In this document: positions 8,390 to 16,361 of the stretch, one piece after another
Layout of the letters: every line of letters begins with the position of its first letter
How positions within the stretch are numbered: the stretch's first letter is position 1
NCBI GenBank assembly: GCA_965232485.1
Contig: OZ246975.1
Coordinates: 2,027,246 to 2,091,245, forward strand
From: Rhodothermales bacterium
Lineage (GTDB): Bacteria > Bacteroidota > Rhodothermia > Rhodothermales > VXPQ01
Reading direction: 5' to 3'
DNA: 64,000 nucleotides
Translations under genes and position numbers: made by a program
The notes under the pieces: model-generated
Database searches by the model: none
What the model saw: the letters and a program-made list of their open reading frames with translations, nothing else
Told to the model about the DNA's origin: nothing

Positions 8390-9760
8390 TCAAGTGTTCT
8401 TGGCAGCGAACCGCCTTATTTCGTCTTCGCTGCGGGGATGGCAGGCACGGTGCACGAGCGCGGCGTTTTCGATCGAGGTCGGGCCTCCCTCGCTGTGGGG
8501 TTCGATGTGATGGAACTCCGCCTCGTTCCAAACGACCTCCTTGCCACAAGCTCCGCACTTCCGCTCATCCCGCCAGTAGACAATCTCACGCTCCAAGGAG
8601 CCTAAAACGCGTCGGCCATCCCGGAGCTTCGGCTGCATGTGCTCCTGCATCTTGGTGCAGAAGAAGAGGTGTCGGTCGCGTATGGCATGCGCCACGTCGC
8701 TACTAGTTCTCGCCTTGTAGCCGTATTGTCGCATGTACTCGAAGTCTCCAGGTTTCATTTCGGCTTGCCCAGCACGCTCGCGAGTCCTGGCTTGGGTGAG
8801 GCGTTCCGTGAAACGGTCGAACGCATCAGCAAACGTTGTCTGCCAAGACTCGGGGACGTATTGAGGATCGAGTAGGGTGCCGACCAACAACACCAAATGG
8901 ATCGCCTGATGACCGACCAGCAAAGGTCGCTTCCCGTCGACCAGCAGCTCGGTCACTGTGCCAATGGCGGCAAGGAATTCCTTGGCGAGCGGCGAGTTGT
9001 TGTCGAACTCCATGTGCTTCACATAGTAGGAATCGACGGCTTTCCGGTTGATGTCGCAGAAACGTCCGTCCTCTCGGTAGGTGGCGAACAACATGACCAT
9101 TTGAGCGGCGAGTTGACGTCCCTTCGGCGTATTGGCCCGAACGTTGGCCCGCAGGAGTTTCCTGAAGAAGTCTTGGCCGGGGTATTTGGCCACGTCCTTC
9201 TTGCCTGCCACCTGACAGACGAAGGCACCGAACGCTCCCGGCCACGCATCCCTCTGCTCTTGAGGCGTCAACGGCTTGCCACCCTGCAACCGAATGAAGA
9301 GGTCGCGCACTTCGTTCTCGTCCTCGGTTTCGATGTGGACCACGGACAGCGGCATCTGGAAGAAGCGCGTGCGTGTACGATCATCCAGTTGATGCATGTC
9401 CCTCCCCGCCCACTCGCAAGGCGAATCGATGAGCGACTTCGGAAAACGCCCCGGGTGCTCTCGTGGATCGAGTAGGGGAAAAGCTCCTTCGGAGAACTCG
9501 TAGAGTGCATGGACCCGCTGCTGACCATCGATGATGTACAGCCGGTCGCCGATTTGGAAGCCACTCACCTCGTTCCCCTTCTTGAAGTGCAGGTAGATCA
9601 GCGGGATGTGGTAGCCTCGGAGAATCGAGTCTATGAAGTACTGCTTCTGTAGGCGCGTCCACACGGGTCCGCGCTGGTATTCGGGGTCCACCTCCAACAG
9701 CTTCTTCTTCTGTAGTGTGAGGAGTTCCTTGACGGTCTGTTGCTTTGGGGTCGATTTCAT
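8390..9760 (-). CDS. DUF262 (ParB/GmrS-like NTPase) fused to a C-terminal zinc-finger HNH nuclease
   Basis: 456 aa. The N-terminus has DPEYQRGPVW (QR at 29-30), IIDGQQR (78-82) and FIRLQGGKPLTPQE. The C-terminus has C402-x2-C405, H417-H418, N432, H437 and C440-H441. Confidence 0.85.
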   Translation of the reverse strand: MKSTPKQQTVKELLTLQKKKLLEVDPEYQRGPVWTRLQKQYFIDSILRGYHIPLIYLHFKKGNEVSGFQIGDRLYIIDGQQRVHALYEFSEGAFPLLDPREHPGRFPKSLIDSPCEWAGRDMHQLDDRTRTRFFQMPLSVVHIETEDENEVRDLFIRLQGGKPLTPQEQRDAWPGAFGAFVCQVAGKKDVAKYPGQDFFRKLLRANVRANTPKGRQLAAQMVMLFATYREDGRFCDINRKAVDSYYVKHMEFDNNSPLAKEFLAAIGTVTELLVDGKRPLLVGHQAIHLVLLVGTLLDPQYVPESWQTTFADAFDRFTERLTQARTRERAGQAEMKPGDFEYMRQYGYKARTSSDVAHAIRDRHLFFCTKMQEHMQPKLRDGRRVLGSLEREIVYWRDERKCGACGKEVVWNEAEFHHIEPHSEGGPTSIENAALVHRACHPRSEDEIRRFAAKNT

Positions 9761-9890
9761 TCGAAAAACTCGCTGGAGAACGGGAACGTCCTTCAGGCCT
9801 CAGCAAGAGGCCGGCCGGCTGGAAACCAAGCTATGTGGTCTGGGTTCCCGGCGCGAGACAGGGGGCATTTGGGGCACGGCAATTGACATT

Positions 9891-12800
9891 TTAGGCCGTG
9901 TACTCTTTCAATCTTTGGTACCGGGGATCATTCTGTATCTCCGGCTTCGCCTGCAAAATGTCCTTTAGACACTGGTTTAGTTCGGGATGCGACCATGGCT
10001 GATCGCTAATGACAGCGTACAGCAAACACAGCGTTGCATTCGGGAATCTTGCACAGAAATCGCCCTCCTGCAGCTGGTGGACAACGTAGTGGGAATACGC
10101 AAGCGGCTGGAGCCAACCGTGGATCAAATCCACCGCATCTGGAAATTTCTCTCCAGCGGCTATGCTCATCAATGCAAGTGACTCCGTGATGTCATCAGAA
10201 ACCAATTCGAGCGATTTTGGCCACATCTCTTGCCAAAAAGGCTGGATACGATTGCTCCAGTAGTCCTCGCGTTGCGCACCTGCGCTTTCAAGCGCTTGCG
10301 AGAGAATTCGTGCCGCTTCCTGCAACCCCTCCTCCTGTGGCAGGGCACTGAACGCCTGCCGAAATCCTGTCGCCTCATCTTTGTCCGTGCATTCCAGCGC
10401 CGCGTAGGTCAGAACTGCAACATACTGCCGCTTGAACTCACCCAAGTCGTCGTAGTGGCTCGCGGTTTCAATGAACTGCGGCCTGAAAGCATCCAGCAGG
10501 GGCCGATAAAGGCGTGGAGACCAGAGGAAGCCTTCCCAGACTATTTGGGCTTCTATGGGATTCTTTGTCCATCGGAAAAGGGGCAACAGATACTGCTCGG
10601 TCCAGGATCGGTCAACCCGAAACAGCGTAATCAATCTTGACGCCAACACTGCTCTACCATGACGGAACTGTTCTACCTGCGTATCACACATTTTCGTGAA
10701 GAGAGGCTCAAGGCCGTCAGGCAGGCGGTCATTGTCGTTCGGCTCGCGCCGGAACCAAAGAGACAACAGCGCTTGGGTAACAAGGCCGACCGGATGGTTG
10801 ATTGCTTCAGTGACAGAGCGCTGGATCCGTTCGCCACCCTGAGTTATTGTTAGGCCAGAACCAGATTCGAAGGGTGAATTCAGAATACGCCGGCACAAAT
10901 CAAGCAGGATTTCATCATGTCCCTCGCCGGATTTGGACGTAGCGTATAGCCACCAGGCAACACCGTGTGCAATCTCCTGCAAAATATTATCAGGCATGGT
11001 CGCTACCAGCGGAGCCGCATAGCGCCACGACCGCTGTACCATATCTTCCTCGCTCCACACCTGTAATGCTTCTCGCCAACGGCTTGCCGGCCAGATGCCT
11101 TGTTGAGCCAAGTCGCAAAGAGCAACAAAGCTCAAGGGGAACTGAGTGCGACATGTATCAGGCCAAGTGTCCTCATCGGACCAATGCTTCTTGGGCGGAG
11201 GAGTCCTTAGCCATTGAACCAAGTCGCGCCGGTTGCGAGGTGCAATATTGATCTCCCTGTTGTCTTCGTAGTCTGGATCTCCGGTTCCACTAATCCAGAG
11301 CGGGAATTCTTCGGGCTCGTGAGGAAGCAATTCCCATGAAGTATTGGTCGAAGACAAGGTATCGAAGCGGCTTTGTGCGGCCTTCCCCAAGTCCAGCCCT
11401 GATGCGTTCAGTTTCGCCAGACGCAACCACACTGAGCGTTTCACAATTTTTTCCCAGTGTGCAGGCTCAAGGTCTTCTGGGTACATGTCGCGCGGAGGAC
11501 CATCCAGAATAGCGGCTTCGAGCATATCCTGAGATGAAGACAGGCAGTGACCTTGTAGCGCCAAGAGGCGCATGACTTCGCGTTGTGTTTCTTCGGACCA
11601 CAGCCACCAACATGCATCACACAGTAACCAGTCAGACCATTGAACCGAATCAATGCATCCATCTTGGCTGGCGGCGAAAAAGGCGAGACGCTTGAACGTG
11701 GGATACGGAAGTTCAAACCATTCCTCTGCAATCCGAGTCGCCCTTGCAAGGTCATCTTCCTGAACAACCTGCCAGGCATCGCGCAGAAGTTCGATCAGTA
11801 TCACCCAGTCGCGGGAGCGCCGATTCTGCCAGTGCGGTTCGATTGAGGGCAGGCCCACAAACGAACCGTCGCTGCGGTCAACTGCCCCGCCTAATTCGCG
11901 CAGGAGATCCAAGGCGTCGCGCAACAATTGCTGTAGATCATCCAATAGCACGGGCAAGGCGGCTCGCCAATGTTCATCGGTCCGATCGCCAATAACCGAT
12001 TGAACATGGTCAGCGGCAAGCACAAGTTCCCAGTCGGGAATGTGTCTCGAGTGCTCGGAAGAATCCGGTTTAACAAGTTCATCAGGCCATCGGAACGGCC
12101 TTCTCAAGGCAATCATGGGCGAAAGAAATTCCCGCAACTTCATACGCAGGGATACAGTCAGGCCGTCGCGCTTCAGGTGATCCACCCACCGGGAAAGACT
12201 GATATCGCCTCGAAAAGATTTCACGCGCCCCCTCAACAATAGACGCCAAAGTAGCCGCATCCTTTCGTCAGGAATAGCCTTTGGAGAATTCGCGCGAATC
12301 TTATCCAGTTCGTCGCTTTTGCCTTCGCGGTTCAGTTTGTCAAGGCGATCAAGCTCGTCCTCGATCAACCCCGCCAATTTCTCATGCAGTCGACTTCCAT
12401 TTTCCACCAGCCAGTAGATCAGCTGAGGGTCGTTAAGGTGTCGCGTCAGCCAGTGGGCGACATAACGCATCACGGCATCCCAACCAGTGTCGCGATTACT
12501 CCCGATGAGCGTCATCCATGGAGTGCGCCCGTAGGATGCAGGTCGATTTATGAAGCTGAACCGGAGATCAGAGTCAATGGGCGGTCGGGACGAGATGCCG
12601 AAGCGACTCAAATCGTCATACCGAAAGCGATTCTCGGAAAATACCGTCAACCACTCGATTGGCGGCGCTGGATTGAGCTCCGCGAAACGCTTGGCTGGAA
12701 GTCCTGATTTATCCGAAAGCGCCCAGAGTACGCGCCCTACGAAGTCATCCTGCTGGGTGCTTGCAGAGGGCCGCGCCAACGCATGTTGAACCACAATCTG

Positions 12801-13712
12801 CTCCTTGCCAAAGACTCCATCGCGGTGGGTTTCCCCCCAGAGTTTCAATGTCTGATGCAGCGCGGCATGGCGGTTCTTTCCTGAACGAACTTCGTAGAGA
12901 ATCGGAAAGACTCCCTTGGACTCCCATGCAATGGATTGGGTCATTTTCTCACCAGGATCGTAACCTCCCAAGGCGTAGGCTTGGGGTGTTGCTTCGCCCA
13001 GCATCCGGTCGGCAGCCAACGCATCCATCATGTAGCGCAACACCGGATCGTTGATGCTATACCCGACAAAACACACCACATAGTTGCGAAACAACTCGCT
13101 GACGAAGCGCGCTGCCCATCGCTCGGTCAGGTAAGCCAAGCCAAAATCGCCGCTGGTAACAACGAGCCTGTGCAGTGCGATCTCGTCTTCGTCCGGTTTC
13201 GAGGGCAACAATCCGTGCAAATAGACGAGCCCATCCCAGCGGCTGGTCTTTGGAATGGGGAGTGTCGGTGCGGTATATGGATGGTACGACTGCTTGCTTC
13301 GTCTGGCAGCGTGCTCAAATATCTGATCGAAATTGGTGGTAACGAGTCGTAGATTCCCATCGCGACCCCGGGCCAGATGGAGGAGCGCGGTGTGGGTATC
13401 GGTAGCCCCGCGGCGTCTGAGTTTGGGTTTCAGGACCTCTGCCAATTCCTTTCGAACGGCGATTCGCTGTCCAGGAAATCGACGTTCCAGCAAGTCTAAG
13501 GCTATGTCGAACTGTTCCCGCTCATAGGCTTTGGCTTCAATCTCGGTAGGATTTGTACCCAATCGCCCATAAATCTTGTCCACCAACCCCTTGAAGCCCG
13601 GCAATCCTGCGGGATAGGAAATGCCCGCTCCACAGAAGAACACTGCGCGGTCCTCTTCGTGCGCCTGCAGAAGAGCATCTGGAATGTCCGGGCCGTTGCT
13701 TATGAATTGCAT
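9891..13712 (-). CDS. 1273-aa protein: N-terminal SIR2-like (SIR2_2) NADase domain plus a ~1000-aa Trp-rich helical C-terminal region; DSR1/DSR2-like architecture
   Basis: Motifs: FFCGAGIS (28-32), VTTNFD (Asn127), YLHG (His166), CFVGYSINDP. The remainder has no motif I recognise. GC looks lower than in the core genes. Confidence 0.85.
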   Translation of the reverse strand: MQFISNGPDIPDALLQAHEEDRAVFFCGAGISYPAGLPGFKGLVDKIYGRLGTNPTEIEAKAYEREQFDIALDLLERRFPGQRIAVRKELAEVLKPKLRRRGATDTHTALLHLARGRDGNLRLVTTNFDQIFEHAARRSKQSYHPYTAPTLPIPKTSRWDGLVYLHGLLPSKPDEDEIALHRLVVTSGDFGLAYLTERWAARFVSELFRNYVVCFVGYSINDPVLRYMMDALAADRMLGEATPQAYALGGYDPGEKMTQSIAWESKGVFPILYEVRSGKNRHAALHQTLKLWGETHRDGVFGKEQIVVQHALARPSASTQQDDFVGRVLWALSDKSGLPAKRFAELNPAPPIEWLTVFSENRFRYDDLSRFGISSRPPIDSDLRFSFINRPASYGRTPWMTLIGSNRDTGWDAVMRYVAHWLTRHLNDPQLIYWLVENGSRLHEKLAGLIEDELDRLDKLNREGKSDELDKIRANSPKAIPDERMRLLWRLLLRGRVKSFRGDISLSRWVDHLKRDGLTVSLRMKLREFLSPMIALRRPFRWPDELVKPDSSEHSRHIPDWELVLAADHVQSVIGDRTDEHWRAALPVLLDDLQQLLRDALDLLRELGGAVDRSDGSFVGLPSIEPHWQNRRSRDWVILIELLRDAWQVVQEDDLARATRIAEEWFELPYPTFKRLAFFAASQDGCIDSVQWSDWLLCDACWWLWSEETQREVMRLLALQGHCLSSSQDMLEAAILDGPPRDMYPEDLEPAHWEKIVKRSVWLRLAKLNASGLDLGKAAQSRFDTLSSTNTSWELLPHEPEEFPLWISGTGDPDYEDNREINIAPRNRRDLVQWLRTPPPKKHWSDEDTWPDTCRTQFPLSFVALCDLAQQGIWPASRWREALQVWSEEDMVQRSWRYAAPLVATMPDNILQEIAHGVAWWLYATSKSGEGHDEILLDLCRRILNSPFESGSGLTITQGGERIQRSVTEAINHPVGLVTQALLSLWFRREPNDNDRLPDGLEPLFTKMCDTQVEQFRHGRAVLASRLITLFRVDRSWTEQYLLPLFRWTKNPIEAQIVWEGFLWSPRLYRPLLDAFRPQFIETASHYDDLGEFKRQYVAVLTYAALECTDKDEATGFRQAFSALPQEEGLQEAARILSQALESAGAQREDYWSNRIQPFWQEMWPKSLELVSDDITESLALMSIAAGEKFPDAVDLIHGWLQPLAYSHYVVHQLQEGDFCARFPNATLCLLYAVISDQPWSHPELNQCLKDILQAKPEIQNDPRYQRLKEYTA

Positions 13713-13805
13713 TGAGTGGGTCTACTTCTTCTCACTGGTCGGGCTATATTAAGAAGCGCAGTGTGTCCGTCCTTGTTTGACGGACTGTCAAGGAAATACT
13801 AAACT

Positions 13806-16361
13806 TCACCCCCGAAACAGCATCTCATTCAGCCGCGCTTGCCACTCCTCCTCGTCAACGACCTCAAAGCGCACTACCTTGCTTCGCATTGCAGGAACGA
13901 ATTGGGCCCAATCTGCCTTGCGGGCATGGTCGCTACAGATATCGAAGACGGACCGCTTGTATTCAGTGTCTTCCGACCCCTTCAGGTGAACGCCTTTGGT
14001 TTCGACTACGAAAACCTGGTGAAAGTCATCATCTGCTTCGGACTCGTCGTCCCGCAACGTCACGATGAAATCGGCGTATATCCGACGTGGCCTCCATCCC
14101 TGCACATAGTAATCCTTGCGAGCACGGTTGCGATACCAAAAGAAGAGCCGGGCTTGTTGATCCAGATAGGTCGCCACCTTGTTCTCGAACTGGTTGAGAT
14201 CATCCTCTGTGGTGACATCGAAAAGGTTCCGCTGGTAGGGGCTGCCGTCCTCCCGGTTCGCCTGCTTCGCTTGTGGAACCTCAATTTTTTCGGGAAGGCT
14301 ATTGAAATCGAGATCCTCTGTGACAACCAGAAAGCGCATCTTGCCTGACTCCAGGAGACGGCGAAAGACTTCCCGCGACAAGCGGTCGCGCTCCATCTCA
14401 ATCTGTCGGCGCAGCTCCTCGAGGATAAAAACATGATTGGCCGCCACGCGCTCGAATGGATAACGCTCAAGCAGTACCCTGAAAGTACGGCGAGCCAAAT
14501 CGCACCCTCGCCACGGATTGGGCACCAGATCCAGCAGGTGGCTGGCAGCAAAAAAGTAATCCACGGGGTCGGTATCGCTGCTTGCCCCAGACCCATTCGT
14601 TGTTTCAACCCCGGAAACATCAAACCCCGGAATGCTTGCGTCATCCGTCAGGTTTGCTCGCAACGCCACATCTCCTTGATTGCCCTCGCCCATATTCAGA
14701 TCGCCCAATGGACTAATGTCGATGTCGCCCCAGGGCACCCTTGAGAGGATGTCCGCCTCGTAATGAACCAGACGCCAACCATCCACACCTCGAATCATAA
14801 AGACAGGGAGGACCAGATCGCGCGCTGCTTTCCGGTAATTATCCCGCTGCCGAGTCATCTGTTTCTCCGCTGGCCCGGTCAGACTTTCATTGGAAACTAC
14901 TCTTCCTTCCAGTCCCTGCAAGCCCTCCAGCCCGAATCCTTTCCTAACTTCTCTCAACAACTCGTTTGCACGACGACTGAAACAGAAGACATAGCTCTCG
15001 TCAAGCCAAGCCACCCTGGTTTTCTGTGCATACGGCTGTCGCAAAATACGCCCGACCAACTGCGTGATCCCCGTTCTTGACATTGGGTTGGTGAGGATCG
15101 TCAGAATGTAGGCGAACGAACAATCCCAACCTTCCTGTAGCGCCTGTTTGGTGATGATGAAACGGATCGAACAGTCACGGGACATCAGACCGCCTATGTC
15201 GTCCACCTCCTTGAGATCGTCTTGTACGCTGGTCTTGACCGCAATGTGCTCCGCGCCGATTCCCGGGTGCTGGAGCAGGTACTCGCGCACGTCGTCGGTG
15301 TGAACGTATCCGGGCTTGCGCTGCTCTTTGCCGGTTCTTTCGACCTGGATTACGCAAATGGGCCGGATGTAGCTCCCGGTCTCCGCTTCGTGCCGCTGCG
15401 CTTCCACCTCCAGGTGCTCGCGGTGTTCGATCGACGCAAGCAACGTATTCCGCCAGTCGTTGCTTGCCTTGTTAAGAATGTGCAGGTCCAGCTTGATCAT
15501 CTCTTCGGCGTTAAGCTCCTGGCCCCGGATCTCGACGAGCACATTGGCGCCCTTGGTTGGCGTGGCCGAAAGCTCCACAATCATGCACGGGTTGAAACCT
15601 TCGAGCGTCGCTTTTGCGTTGGCGCTGTACGCCTTGTGTCCCTCGTCAAGGATGATCAGGGGCCGTAGCAGACGCACTGTGTTGCCAAGCGAGGTCTTGA
15701 TGTAGCGGCCCCAGAAGCCTGTCGTTTGCTCGAAGGTATCGAGATTGGGATATTCCTCCAGCATTTTGGCGTGCGCCGGGGAATCGTCGTCCGGAGGAAA
15801 AAACCGGTCGAAGCCCCCGCTGTCGCGAAACATCCGCAGTGTATCCTTCGTCTGCCGGTTAGCCGACGGAAGCATGAGCAAAAGGATACAAAGGTTCTCA
15901 GCGACATCGCGCGGGCCAAAGGCCATGGTTTTCTCAAGGATGAGCGTACGCTGCCCTGACGCCAGATCGATCTGTTGGCGATAAGGGTGGTCGCGATCCT
16001 TGAGCGCCTTGAGCGTCTGATTGTATATCTGCGTTGTAGGCACGATCCACAGAACGAGCCCGCGCTGATTCTGCCGGAAATGTACGTTGACAAGGTCAAT
16101 CACCTTGGTTGCAAGCAATGTCTTGCCGCCGCCAGTCGGAACCTTGAGGCAGAAAGTAGGCAAATAGTCGCCGAGTCCGTTGCGACGAGGAATACATATC
16201 CTCCCGGGTACTGTCTTGCTCCATGCCCGTTGAACCCAGTCGAAACCCCAATCGGGGTTCTGGCTTCGGGCATCCCCGTCCGCTTTCCTCCACTTTGCGA
16301 GATTCTCAAGGAAATCGTGTACTGTTTCCAGCGTTCGCTTTTGGTATTCCTTCAGGATCAT
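13806..16361 (-). CDS. res: Type III restriction endonuclease, Res subunit (SF2 helicase plus C-terminal PD-(D/E)xK)
   Basis: 851 aa. Walker A VPTGGGKTLLA, DEGH box LIILDEGHKAY, and a C-terminal YADFIV...VFVVETKG nuclease-like motif. The start overlaps the mod stop (ATGA). Confidence 0.9.
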   Translation of the reverse strand: MILKEYQKRTLETVHDFLENLAKWRKADGDARSQNPDWGFDWVQRAWSKTVPGRICIPRRNGLGDYLPTFCLKVPTGGGKTLLATKVIDLVNVHFRQNQRGLVLWIVPTTQIYNQTLKALKDRDHPYRQQIDLASGQRTLILEKTMAFGPRDVAENLCILLLMLPSANRQTKDTLRMFRDSGGFDRFFPPDDDSPAHAKMLEEYPNLDTFEQTTGFWGRYIKTSLGNTVRLLRPLIILDEGHKAYSANAKATLEGFNPCMIVELSATPTKGANVLVEIRGQELNAEEMIKLDLHILNKASNDWRNTLLASIEHREHLEVEAQRHEAETGSYIRPICVIQVERTGKEQRKPGYVHTDDVREYLLQHPGIGAEHIAVKTSVQDDLKEVDDIGGLMSRDCSIRFIITKQALQEGWDCSFAYILTILTNPMSRTGITQLVGRILRQPYAQKTRVAWLDESYVFCFSRRANELLREVRKGFGLEGLQGLEGRVVSNESLTGPAEKQMTRQRDNYRKAARDLVLPVFMIRGVDGWRLVHYEADILSRVPWGDIDISPLGDLNMGEGNQGDVALRANLTDDASIPGFDVSGVETTNGSGASSDTDPVDYFFAASHLLDLVPNPWRGCDLARRTFRVLLERYPFERVAANHVFILEELRRQIEMERDRLSREVFRRLLESGKMRFLVVTEDLDFNSLPEKIEVPQAKQANREDGSPYQRNLFDVTTEDDLNQFENKVATYLDQQARLFFWYRNRARKDYYVQGWRPRRIYADFIVTLRDDESEADDDFHQVFVVETKGVHLKGSEDTEYKRSVFDICSDHARKADWAQFVPAMRSKVVRFEVVDEEEWQARLNEMLFRG

